Position numbers and translations under genes: made by a program
The notes under the pieces: generated by a model
Told to the model about the DNA's origin: nothing
What the model saw: only the letters and a program-made list of their open reading frames with translations
Databases searched by the model: none
Origin: an uncultured Verrucomicrobiae bacterium
GTDB taxonomy: Bacteria; Verrucomicrobiota; Verrucomicrobiia; Chthoniobacterales; JAFAMB01
NCBI GenBank assembly: GCA_963762565.1
Contig: CAVXLD010000005.1
Span: 224,001 to 288,000 of the forward strand
Direction: 5' to 3'
Length of the DNA: 64,000 bases
Part shown: positions 40,919-51,300 of the stretch, in pieces
Layout: each line of letters begins with the position of its first letter
Position numbering within the stretch: the stretch's first letter is position 1

Positions 40919-42445
40919 ATGAACCGTCCCACGGCAGTCAGCCTTCGCCTGAGCTGTCTTCTCATTTGCTCTCTGCTTTTCGGATGCGCTCAGACAACCG
41001 CGGTCAGGATTTTTTATCTGCCGAATGCGGTAATTCATCCTCAATTCGACAAGCAGTATACCATCTGGAACGGAGAGCGAGTAGAAGTCAATTGGACGCC
41101 TTCCCTGCGGGCGGAATCGTCCAAATATTTATCCGGGTACGATCGTGTCCTGTTGGCAAACCGAATTCATCAGTTCGGTTTTCGTCACGAGTATAAAATC
41201 GCCGGGAAAGGTACCCCCCTGGTTGTCCGCACCAAAAACCCCAGGCAGACCCCGGAAGAGCTACACTATCCGACAAGCGGCATTACCCTTGGAATAACTG
41301 CCGTCAAAGAGGCGCGTCCCGGGCAAGTACCCTTGCTCAAAATCTATGATTCGTTTGACCCGGTCGTGGTGCGATCCGCCGATGGTCCGGATCCGATAGC
41401 AGCGAACTACACGGCCACTTTGGCGGTATTGTTTTCGCACGCCGGGAGAGTAGCCCAAAGCTCCTTCGAATCGTTTATCAGACCCGATGATCCCCATTTC
41501 GCAACCGGCGTGTACATGATCCATCCTTACGATCCAAATAAAATTCCGATCCTCTTTGTTCATGGCCTGCTTGGTACTCCGCTCTCGTGGCAAAACCTGA
41601 CCAACGACCTTTGCTCAGACCCCAAAATTCTCGAGCATTATCAACCCTGGTTTTTTCTTTATCCAACCGGCCAGCCCATGCTGGAAAGCGCGGCCCAACT
41701 TAGAGAGGACCTAGTTGCGACCCAGCGCTTATTCGATCCAAGCGGCAATGCGATTGCCTCGCATCACGTCGTCGTTGTTGCTCATAGCATGGGAGGTTTA
41801 TTGGCCCATACTTTGGTTTCGGACTCAGGCGAGGCTCTTTGGAACGCCTTCGCGACCAAGCCGCTGAACAGTTTGAAACTCCCTCCGGACGTAAAAGCTT
41901 CAATCCTGAAATATTTCTACTTTCGGCATCAGCCTTCTATCGATCGCGTTATCTTTCTTTCGGTCCCACATCGAGGCAGCGTATTGGCCGGTGGTCTCGT
42001 TGGCACCATTGGCAACCGAATCATCCAGCCTTCCAAAACTCCGACCCGCGTTCTGAAAGACCTGGCCGCACAATACCCGGGTCTTGTGACTCCCTACTAT
42101 GCTCGAGCTACCGCAAGCGGCGGCCCAACCAGTCTGGTTTCAATTACGCCCAACCCCTTATTGGACAGTCTCGCTAGTCTGCCGATTAAAGTTCCCTTTC
42201 ATAGCATCATTGGACATATCGGACCGATAACGGAACTTGGCAGCACCGATGGACTGGTCGACTATCATAGCTCGCATTTGGAAGGGGCCGAATCAGAGAA
42301 GTTAGTTCCATCCGGTCACTACCTGATGGACCATCCACAAACCGTTGCCGAAATTAAACGGATTTTGGAGGAGAATATCACGCGCGGAAGACGACCCTTT
42401 AAACCGCCGGTCACGCTTGCGTCCCAGACCGACTCGGTGCATTAG
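40919..42445 (+). CDS. Putative lipoprotein alpha/beta hydrolase, paralog of 4122..5690
   Basis: LLFGC lipobox-like motif, PYDPNKIP.LFVHGL, AHSMGG, DGLV.Y.SSHL. Confidence 0.8.
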   Translation: MNRPTAVSLRLSCLLICSLLFGCAQTTAVRIFYLPNAVIHPQFDKQYTIWNGERVEVNWTPSLRAESSKYLSGYDRVLLANRIHQFGFRHEYKIAGKGTPLVVRTKNPRQTPEELHYPTSGITLGITAVKEARPGQVPLLKIYDSFDPVVVRSADGPDPIAANYTATLAVLFSHAGRVAQSSFESFIRPDDPHFATGVYMIHPYDPNKIPILFVHGLLGTPLSWQNLTNDLCSDPKILEHYQPWFFLYPTGQPMLESAAQLREDLVATQRLFDPSGNAIASHHVVVVAHSMGGLLAHTLVSDSGEALWNAFATKPLNSLKLPPDVKASILKYFYFRHQPSIDRVIFLSVPHRGSVLAGGLVGTIGNRIIQPSKTPTRVLKDLAAQYPGLVTPYYARATASGGPTSLVSITPNPLLDSLASLPIKVPFHSIIGHIGPITELGSTDGLVDYHSSHLEGAESEKLVPSGHYLMDHPQTVAEIKRILEENITRGRRPFKPPVTLASQTDSVH

Positions 42446-42457
42446 ATTGGTAGTTCC

Positions 42458-43006
42458 GTGAAAAAGGCGCTCTTTTCCGTCCTATTGCTGGCGGGGGCCT
42501 TAACTCAGGTAGCAGCGGCTTCCGAAACGTACGAGATCAATCCGGAAAATTCTTCCGTGCTATTCAAGATTCGCCTTCTGTGGACCACCAACATCCAAGG
42601 CTGTTTCTGCGGAGGCGTTTCTGGAACGGTCTCACTTGATCCCGACGCTCCCCAAAAATCGACCGTTAAACTCGAAATCAAAACTGACACGTTAGACACC
42701 GGACTCACGCAGCTCAATAGCGAGATTAAGGGAGCGGGGTTTCTGGACGTGGAAAAATTTCCGCTGATCACTTTCAAGAACACGTCGGCCCAAAAGGTTA
42801 ACGACCAGCAGTACGACTTGACTGGAGACTTAACCTTCCATGGGGTCACAAAACAGCTGACGCTTCGGTCCAACCTCATTGGCCAAAGTAAAAATTCGAA
42901 AGGCTCCGACATTTATCTTGTCATCAAGCGGAGCGAGTTCGGCATCAAGGGCGACACACCAGCGGTCGGAGACGAGATTTTCTTGACCATACGCGTTCGC
43001 AATTAA
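42458..43006 (+). CDS. YceI family protein
   Basis: Signal peptide, SSVLF, FLDVEKFP.ITF, GDLT.HGVTK, I.RSEFGI. Confidence 0.9.
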   Translation: MKKALFSVLLLAGALTQVAAASETYEINPENSSVLFKIRLLWTTNIQGCFCGGVSGTVSLDPDAPQKSTVKLEIKTDTLDTGLTQLNSEIKGAGFLDVEKFPLITFKNTSAQKVNDQQYDLTGDLTFHGVTKQLTLRSNLIGQSKNSKGSDIYLVIKRSEFGIKGDTPAVGDEIFLTIRVRN

Positions 43007-44409
43007 CTATCCCCGATTGCTGGCTTGGGACTGGCGAGCTTGGCGCCTTCCATCGCTTCCATTTGGGCAATGATATTTCCCAACGCTGTGGCTTCAGGCG
43101 GACCCAAAACCAACGGAAGAGCGGTTGCTTGCTCGGTAAGTCGATTCAACGTCCGGTTCTGCGAGCCGCCTCCCATAACACAGATACGCTCTATTTTCAC
43201 GCCTGCCGCCTGCTCAATGTTGCGAATCGTCTCGGCGTATGCGGCAGCTATACTCCGTACGACCGTCGACATGATTTCTCTATGCCCTGTTGGAACGGCG
43301 AATCCGTTGTCGCCACAGAACCTTTTGATTCGGTCCGTCATTTTGTCTACCATTGTTCCCGGGGCGATAAACTCTTGGGCGTTGACGTCGATTATGGATC
43401 CAATGTTTCCACTGGACTCCGCAAGCTCGGCAAATTCTTCATTTGAATAGACTACGCCCTCCGATGCCCATTCTCGCCTGCATTCCTCGACCAACCACAT
43501 TCCGGTGATAATCTTGAGTAATCGATTTGTGCCGTCGATCATTCCTTCGTTGGCGAGATTGTGCTCGAAAGAAGCCGCATTGACCACCGGACTCTCAGTG
43601 ATTAGGCCAAGCAGAGACCAGGTCCCAGAACTCAGATACGCAGTCGCCTTGTTGCTCGGCTGTTCCAAATACTTGTGGGCAGCATAGAATGAGCATGCCG
43701 TGTCATGGCACCCAGCTAGAACTACCTTTGTGTCTTTAGGGGCTTCGATTTCAGCGCACAGGTCCGGCCGCAGCTCTCCGAGAATCATGCCTGGCATGAC
43801 GATCTGGCCGAAGAGATCTAACGGAACGTCAATACGCTCAAGCAGCAGTCGCGACCATTCTCGATTCTCCCATGACATCAACTGAGACATTGATGCGATA
43901 GTATATTCGTTCGCGATTCGGCCACTTAGCCAATAGTTTAACAAATCCGGCAGCATCAAAAAATGCTTGGCCGCTCTGAAAACCTCGGGACAGCTTTGAG
44001 CGTGATCGAACAGCTGGAAAAGGGTACCTGATCGAATGAACTGAGCTCCTGTCTCCCGGTAGAAATCTCGCCTGGACACCCTTTCCAAGAGCTGATGGAC
44101 GATACTGTCCGTCCGATTGTTACGGTAGTGAAAGGGATTTTGAAGAAGGCTGCCGCTCTTATCGAGCAGGCCGTAACTTCCGCCAAAGGAATCGACTCCT
44201 ATGCTGGTGATAGAAGGGCCATGGCGCTTGAATGCTAATTTCAAGCCTTCTTTGATTTCCCGAAACATATCGAGAATGTCCCAAAACATTTCTCCGCCGG
44301 CGGCAACCCAGCGGCTCGGGAAGCGATGCACAACGTCAAAAGTCTCTCTGTTGCCGACTATGACACGACCATTGGACGCTCCAAGGTCAATAGCGATGTG
44401 TAATCTCAT
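43003..44409 (-). CDS. Rhamnulokinase/fuculokinase-like FGGY sugar kinase
   Basis: IAIDLGASNGR, HDTA, YLSSGTWSL.G, GGGSQN, EATALGN. Confidence 0.9.
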   Translation of the reverse strand: MRLHIAIDLGASNGRVIVGNRETFDVVHRFPSRWVAAGGEMFWDILDMFREIKEGLKLAFKRHGPSITSIGVDSFGGSYGLLDKSGSLLQNPFHYRNNRTDSIVHQLLERVSRRDFYRETGAQFIRSGTLFQLFDHAQSCPEVFRAAKHFLMLPDLLNYWLSGRIANEYTIASMSQLMSWENREWSRLLLERIDVPLDLFGQIVMPGMILGELRPDLCAEIEAPKDTKVVLAGCHDTACSFYAAHKYLEQPSNKATAYLSSGTWSLLGLITESPVVNAASFEHNLANEGMIDGTNRLLKIITGMWLVEECRREWASEGVVYSNEEFAELAESSGNIGSIIDVNAQEFIAPGTMVDKMTDRIKRFCGDNGFAVPTGHREIMSTVVRSIAAAYAETIRNIEQAAGVKIERICVMGGGSQNRTLNRLTEQATALPLVLGPPEATALGNIIAQMEAMEGAKLASPKPAIGDS

Positions 44410-44416
44410 GACTAGC

Positions 44417-45268
44417 CTATCCTTTGACAGCCCCGGCTATCATTCCTCTGGTCAAGTATCTCTGCATTAAGATGTAAATTACTAATACAGGAATCGTGAT
44501 CAGGGCCAAGGTAGCAAACATTACTCCCGGTCTGGCCATGAACTGACCACTGTACATCAATGGTACCAGCGTCAGCGGCTTTAGCTCGTTTCGATCGATC
44601 GTCACGAGCGCTAGCACAAACTCGTTAAACGAAGCCATAAACTGAAAAATAATTACCACTGCGATCGCTGGCCAACTGATCGGCATGACGATCCGCCAGT
44701 AAATTCCGAGCTTAGAACATCCGTCCACTTTCGCCGCCTCTTCGACCTCAAGGGGGAGACCTTCGAAGAAACTCCGGAAAATGATTAGCGCAAAGGAGGT
44801 TCCGAAGGCTGCATACGGGAAGATCAAGCCGAGATAATTGTCTAAAAGACCTAAGCTTTTGTTTACCTGAAAAAGGGGCACGATCATCGTCGGTATCGGC
44901 AACATCAACGCACTGATTAGTAAGAAGAACCAAGTCTGTTTCCAGCGAATTCGCAAACGGGCAAAGGCGTACCCGGCGAGAGATCCGAAGAGAACAACCA
45001 AAAAAACCGAAGAGCAGGCAATTATCAGGCTATTCGCCAAATGCCTGAGAATCGGGGCATCCGAAAACACGGTGCGGTAGTTGTCGAGACTAACGCCATT
45101 GATCAGCAATCCGCCAAACTTAGGCGCGCGCTGATTTGGCGGCATGAACGAGACTGCTAGCATCATCACTACTGGAACCAGCCAGACTAACGATACCAGG
45201 CCAGCAAAAATAAACCCGAATGACTTACTTAATTTTACGTTTGGCATGGACAGATTGACAGGGCTCAA
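44417..45268 (-). CDS. Carbohydrate ABC transporter permease
   Basis: EAA loop EVEEAAKVDGC; AGYAFAR; GAVKG C-terminus. Confidence 0.93.
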   Translation of the reverse strand: MSPVNLSMPNVKLSKSFGFIFAGLVSLVWLVPVVMMLAVSFMPPNQRAPKFGGLLINGVSLDNYRTVFSDAPILRHLANSLIIACSSVFLVVLFGSLAGYAFARLRIRWKQTWFFLLISALMLPIPTMIVPLFQVNKSLGLLDNYLGLIFPYAAFGTSFALIIFRSFFEGLPLEVEEAAKVDGCSKLGIYWRIVMPISWPAIAVVIIFQFMASFNEFVLALVTIDRNELKPLTLVPLMYSGQFMARPGVMFATLALITIPVLVIYILMQRYLTRGMIAGAVKG

Positions 45269-46194
45269 GTGGCGAAACGCGAGCCAAATATCTTCATCTG
45301 AAAGGCGCTTAAGCCAAGGGCCAGGAGCAACAGAATGACCGACAACGCGGACGCATAACCGACAGCCTGCAAACGGAATGCCTGGGTAAAGATGTAGTTT
45401 GGGAGCATCTCCGTCGCATGATTTGGACCGCCCTGCGTCATAACGTAAATGATGGGAAACGTTTGCAGCGTCCCGATTATCCCGAGCAGGATCAGAGTTA
45501 GATGAACGTGGCGCAACATCGGCCAGATGATGCGGGTAATGCGTTTAAACACGCCCGCGCCATCGAGAGTTCCGGCCTCCAGAATCTCCTCTGGGATTGT
45601 CTTCAGCCCCGCCACGTACAGTATCATAGAGTACCCGGTCCACTGCCAAATATTGACTACAATTACCGAGAAAATTGCGATCTTAGGGTCCGAGAGAAAT
45701 GGGATCATTAAAGCCGGGATGTGCCACGCCGCGCCGATATCCGAGAGTAATCCTCCAAACGGATTATAGATTCGTTGCCAAACGATGCCGACAACGATGG
45801 GCGAAACAATCGCGGGAAAATAAATTATCGCACGGAAGAAAGATTGGAACGGTACGCCCGAGGTTAGAATATAGGCGAGCGCGAAACCCATAATCATCTG
45901 GGCTACGATAGTTAGGGGGGCCCAATAGAGTGCATTCCGTATAGCAAGCCAGAATCCATAATCGCGTGTCAGTATCTCGATGAAGTTCTTCAACCCAACA
46001 AATGTCGCCGGATTCACCCCATCCCATTGGTACACACTTCGGAAGAAGATGGAACAGAAGGGATAAAGAACGAAAAGAGAAAACAAACTTAAGGCAGGAA
46101 TAAGGAACAGAAAATCCCAGTTCCACTTCTGCACGGTTCTCGTCCGCGGGGAATCAGGTTTGAAACCCGCGCCCGAGGATCGAGTGACCAACAT
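45265..46194 (-). CDS. Carbohydrate ABC transporter permease
   Basis: FVGLKNF, WQWTG, EAGTLDGA, MTQGGP. Confidence 0.93.
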   Translation of the reverse strand: MLVTRSSGAGFKPDSPRTRTVQKWNWDFLFLIPALSLFSLFVLYPFCSIFFRSVYQWDGVNPATFVGLKNFIEILTRDYGFWLAIRNALYWAPLTIVAQMIMGFALAYILTSGVPFQSFFRAIIYFPAIVSPIVVGIVWQRIYNPFGGLLSDIGAAWHIPALMIPFLSDPKIAIFSVIVVNIWQWTGYSMILYVAGLKTIPEEILEAGTLDGAGVFKRITRIIWPMLRHVHLTLILLGIIGTLQTFPIIYVMTQGGPNHATEMLPNYIFTQAFRLQAVGYASALSVILLLLALGLSAFQMKIFGSRFAT

Positions 46195-46241
46195 ATGCGC
46201 TATTTGTGGGAAGAAAATGCGTACGCAGGAATTCTTCCTGC

Positions 46242-47534
46242 TCAGCGAACCTTGTCAGCAGCAGTTTGGATTCGCTCCATTGCTTTTTCTGGTGACAATT
46301 CACCGGCGGCTACCGCCGCGAGGGCGTCCTCGAACGCCTGCTTTACTTGAGGTTTCTGCAACTGACGTGCGTATTTCACCTTTGGGAGCCAATCATTCAC
46401 TAACATCTGCCAAACTCGCTGCTCATTTTCCGTTTCGAACTTTTGCGGAGACAACCCCTTGACGGCGGGTAAGTCATTGAAAGTATTGATCAATGCCTGC
46501 GCGCCTGCTCCATCAATCCAGTCGGCGACAACCCTAAATGCTGCTTCCGGGTCTTTGGCGGATTTGGAAATTCCGAACATAACATCGATGCCGCCCAAGC
46601 AGTCGTCTGGCTGCCCCTTGCCCGTGACATCCGGGAAACGCATTGGCGCAAACCCGGACAGCCCCTTCGATAAAGGCGGCGGGTTGGGACGCGTGGCCTG
46701 CTGCATCCACCAGGCTCCCATGGGGAACATAGCTGCACGTCCGGCTTCGATCAGTTCCATTGATCCGGGGTAGGCGGAAAGCCCCAAAGCGCCAGGTTGG
46801 ATGATTCCATCATCAAACAATCGTTTCCACCAGTGCATGGCGGAGACAAACGGCGGATCAGTGAATTTCGCTTCACCCGCTTCGGCTTTATAGATCAATC
46901 CGGGTGTGATATTGTGGATCAGTTGCATGTAGATATCGCGCCGCATCCACCCATCGGCGGCCCCTACTAGCAAAGCGGCCTTGCCCTTCGAATGAAGGGT
47001 CTGCGCGATTTTTAATAGTTCGTCATATGTTTTGGGAGGCTGGAGATTGAGTTCTTGTAAGACCGGAACTGTGTACCAGAGGTTTATGGTCTGGGTCAGG
47101 ACGGGTAATCCGTAGAAATTCTCATCTTCTTTGGCGTTACCCAGGCGGGCCTGCTCGATGGCAATAGGATAGAACTTTTCTTTCCAGTTACTGCCCCATA
47201 CCTTCGCGGCTAAGTCCTGCAGCGGAAGTAGGAACTGCTTGTATTGCTGGGTGAGCGCGCCGGGTTCAAGACCGATGATATCCGGAAGTGAGTTACCGGC
47301 GGCTCGAGTCTGCAGATCTACAAGGTAGTCTGGATAGTTGAAGATCTCCGCCTCGATTTTGATATCTGGATTCTTTTGATTAAACGCCGCGATCATTTGA
47401 TTCGTTGTTTCGATGATCGGGCTCCAGGAACGAAAGGTAACAGTTTTCTCGGCGGCGGTTGCTGGTCTGTCACCAGCGATGAGCGCAAGGCTTAATGGTA
47501 GCAAACACCAAACATTTGTTGGCTTTTTAGGCAT
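46242..47534 (-). CDS. Carbohydrate ABC transporter substrate-binding protein
   Basis: Signal peptide, NPDIKIE, PKTYDEL, GRAAM; operon context. Confidence 0.9.
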   Translation of the reverse strand: MPKKPTNVWCLLPLSLALIAGDRPATAAEKTVTFRSWSPIIETTNQMIAAFNQKNPDIKIEAEIFNYPDYLVDLQTRAAGNSLPDIIGLEPGALTQQYKQFLLPLQDLAAKVWGSNWKEKFYPIAIEQARLGNAKEDENFYGLPVLTQTINLWYTVPVLQELNLQPPKTYDELLKIAQTLHSKGKAALLVGAADGWMRRDIYMQLIHNITPGLIYKAEAGEAKFTDPPFVSAMHWWKRLFDDGIIQPGALGLSAYPGSMELIEAGRAAMFPMGAWWMQQATRPNPPPLSKGLSGFAPMRFPDVTGKGQPDDCLGGIDVMFGISKSAKDPEAAFRVVADWIDGAGAQALINTFNDLPAVKGLSPQKFETENEQRVWQMLVNDWLPKVKYARQLQKPQVKQAFEDALAAVAAGELSPEKAMERIQTAADKVR

Positions 47535-47585
47535 ACAACTTGTTCTGGGGGGTAGACTTTTTTAGTCCCGATAACTTTCTGTCTT

Positions 47586-48215
47586 TCAGGGAAAGGTTGG
47601 CGACGGCAGATCGTCGATTGCGGACTGGGGAAGTGGTTTGACTCCACCTAGCGCTGAGGCGGCCCATACCGTTTTAGCGTAGGCTTCAACGACTTCCAAG
47701 CGTTGATAAGCTTCTAAAACGGTCCTTCCAACCGCCGTCGCGCCGTGATTCTGAAGCAGGAAGACATTGTGCTTGCAGCAATACGGCGAGAGGGCATCCG
47801 CGAGCTTCGCGCTGGATGGACGTCCGTAGGGGACTAGTGGTATGTCACCAATTGTGGCAATGAGCTCAGGCAAGATATTTTTCGGCAACGCCTGGTGCGC
47901 GGCGGCGAACGCCGTGCAGAAGATAGGATGCCCATGTGCGACGCCGCCGACACCGGGACGTTGTCGATAAAACTGAAGATGCATGAACTTTTCAGAGGTA
48001 GGCTCGAGATCTCCTTCGAGAATCTTCCCATCGAGACTGAGTCGAACGAGCATTTCCGATTCGATCTCTCCCTTGTTCAGGCCTGAGGGCGTCACCAGGA
48101 TCGTGTCATCCTTATCGCGAGCGCTAAGGTTACCTTCGGTGCCTGCAACTAACCCTTTCGCGGCCATCAGCCGGCAACAGTCCACGAGTTCTTCACGCAG
48201 ATTGGAATGCTTCAT
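47586..48215 (-). CDS. Class II aldolase/adducin (L-fuculose-phosphate aldolase-like)
   Basis: GNLSAR, VTPSG, PTSE..MH, HGHP, LLQNHG. Confidence 0.92.
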   Translation of the reverse strand: MKHSNLREELVDCCRLMAAKGLVAGTEGNLSARDKDDTILVTPSGLNKGEIESEMLVRLSLDGKILEGDLEPTSEKFMHLQFYRQRPGVGGVAHGHPIFCTAFAAAHQALPKNILPELIATIGDIPLVPYGRPSSAKLADALSPYCCKHNVFLLQNHGATAVGRTVLEAYQRLEVVEAYAKTVWAASALGGVKPLPQSAIDDLPSPTFP

Positions 48216-48356
48216 AATGATTCGAATTGAATGATATTTCTAATTGTTCCGGGGACGGGTCATTCTTCCGTTGTTCGCACCTTCAGCCGAAGAAAAATCA
48301 AATCATCGGTACCCGATTGGCGGGTTGAGCCCAGGTGCCAAGCGAAAAGCTTGCGT

Positions 48357-51300
48357 TTAGGTTGGGGGATCGGTCTTGGCTGGCTTGCTCTCATCACGAA
48401 TCGGCAGCGTAAATTGAAAAACGGCGCCTCGGGATGAATCGGCGGTGGCCGATAGCCGTCCCCCGTGAGCTTCGACAATTGAACGGCTGATTGCCAGACC
48501 CATGCCAAGGCCTTGAGGCTTAGTCGTGTAGAAGGCGTCGAAAAGGCGGTCAAGATTGTTCGGATCTAGCCCTGGGCCTGAATCTCTGACCGCTATCAGT
48601 ACGTGGGTCCATTCAGCACCCGCCAGGGCCTTGTCGCCAAACCTGTCTTCCCCTCGGGTCTCGTTTATTTTCTGCGAACTGACCAACAGCTCTCGCGGAC
48701 CGTCGCCTGCTGCACTCATGGCTTCGAATGCGTTGAGCATCAGATTGAGAATCACTTGTTCCAATTGGATTCGGTCTCCCATAATGAGTGGCAAATCACT
48801 GGTAAACTGAGTTTGCAGTGTTACCCGATTCCGCTTCACTTCGCTCTGTGCGAGAATCACAGCTTCTTCAATGACTCCGTTTATATCCAATCGTTCCTTA
48901 GCCGTACTAGCCTTCTTAAAGAGAGATCGCATCCGTGAGATGACCTCGCCGGCCCGCTTTCCGTCGCGAGTAATGCGGCGGATCGCTTCACGGGCTTCGA
49001 CCAGGTCCGGTGAATCTCCAGACAACCAGCGCAAGCTGGCGTCGGCATTCGTTACGACTGCGGCCAGCGGCTGGCTGATTTCATGCGCGATTGAGGCGGT
49101 CAGTTCTCCCATCGTAGTTAGCCGACTAACATGAGCCAGGTTGGATTGCGCTTCGCGCAAGGAGACCTCCTTCTGACGCAGCTCTTTCTCCGCCCTTTTA
49201 CGCTCGGTGATGTCGATGCCCAACCCCATGATTTCAACGAGATCGCCGGATTCACTGAAAACGGGATGGCCTACTCCGTAAAGGTGCTTGATCTCGCCGT
49301 CCGGAAGAACGACTCGGAACTCGAGGTCGGAATCTCGCCCTGCACGAATTACGTCTTCGGTGTTTTCAAGCCACTTTCTCCGATCCTCGGGATGAATTCG
49401 CTGGAGAATCGCCTCAAATGGCGGGATACCTGCATTCGGATCAAATCCAAACAGGCGGTAGCGTTCCTGCGACCAGTGGGTGACCTCTTTCGTTGCGGGA
49501 TTCAAGGCCCAACTGCCGCTTTTACTCAGCGCCTCCGCTTCCGTTAAGTAGGCCTCGCTACGCCGCACGGCGGCTTCTGCGCGGAGCCGCTCGCTGATCT
49601 CACGCTCGAGCCTTGCGTTGGCGCGGCTTAGCTCTGAGTACAATCGGGCATGGTCCAACGAGATCGCAGCCTGAGAGGCCAACAGCTCCAGCATGGCTAC
49701 CCGCTTTGGAGTAAACACCCTGGGCGCTAGATTGTTCTCCAAATAAAGAACGCTTATCAGCTTCGATTGTTTGAGCAGCGGCAGGCAAAGAACCGATTTG
49801 GGATGTCTCTGCCGGAGGTACTCATCCTCTGAAAACAGGGTATGGGTGGACGCATCATCCAGAATGACCTTCTCTTGGCTTCGAATCACATAGCGCAAGA
49901 GCGACTCGGGCAGCTCAGATGAGGACACTGGTGTCTGTCGCAGCCGAACATCCACTTGGCAAGCGCCCGGCCCGATTTCGGCCTCAATCCGATACTGCTC
50001 ACCATCCGGCAGAACCAGAAGACCGCGCTCAGCGCCCGCGTGCTCAATAGCTGTGCGCATCAGTGTGTCGATTAGTTTCTCCAGGACGATCTCGCTCGAC
50101 ACTGTTTGCGAGACTTTGATAACGGTAGCCAGGTCCAGATGTTCGACCGATGCACCGATCGTGCTGGTGGGAGCGGGAACTGGCTCTTCCTCCCTGAGAT
50201 GCGGATATAGTTCGTCGAGTTGCTGCACCTTCCCATCGGCTCCCCAGCGGAGGTAGCCGTACCGAGCGTCATGGAAATACGCGTTTGCTATCCTTTCGAA
50301 ACCGCGCGCGACGTAAAAGCGAGCGGCGAGCTCGTTAGCGATGGCCTCATTGTGGACAAAGCCGTTGTCGCGGGCCGAGCGGATGGCCTGTTCGTATAGC
50401 TGCTCGGCGTCGAGCACGCGGCCTTCGAGGCGAGCGATCTCAGCGCTCACCAGCGCCGCGCGGTTTGCAAAATTCTCCGGGCAATTCTCCGCCCAGGTTT
50501 CGAGCTGCTGCTGATGTTCAGCCAGGACCTTTAAATGCTCCTCCTTCGCCAAGGCTATGGAGGACAAGTCGCCTTTGCTATCCGCCGTTTCGGAATCGGA
50601 TAGGGCAGCCCGAGCTAGGGCGCTATAGAAGTGATACTCCGCCGATTCGAAAAACGATAGTGATGTCCAAAGCAACCGTTGCCCCTTCAGTGAAGCATCG
50701 ACAGCCGAAGCATAGTCCCCGGCAAAGAAGCGAGCTTGCAGCTTCCGGATCCAATACCAACACTCCGGCAGTGCTAATGCAGGGTGACTTGCCAAGTGGC
50801 GCTCGAATTGACACTCCTCAAACTCACCCTCGTCAAAGGAACCGAATCTCGACGTCAGCCCGCGAAGGGTCCGGATAAGTCCGAGCTGAGCAGTAATGAC
50901 GTCACTGACCCGACCGAACCGAGCCTTCTGGGCAAACTCGAGAGCATGCTCAGCTTGGCGCTGCGCCTCAACCAGTGGATCGCCCGCTGCCAGCAAGTTT
51001 GTATTTAGGTTGTCGCCGCTGTACGCTGCAAATGTTAGATCGCCGACTTTGTTTGCGGCCTCAAACGCCCGACGGATCAGGTCTCGGCAGGCACTGACAT
51101 GTTTCGTCCATGGTACGACAAATTGGGCGAACCAGTGATAGGTACGAGCCTGGAATCGCTCCAACCCACGTTTCTCGACCAGTTCATAGCCGAGCTGACC
51201 GAATCGAAATCCCGCTTTATAGTCGCCAAAATGCGGTCCGGCTATCTTGCCGAAGAACACATACGCGACGCACGAGCCGTCGCCATGGCCTCGTTCCAGG

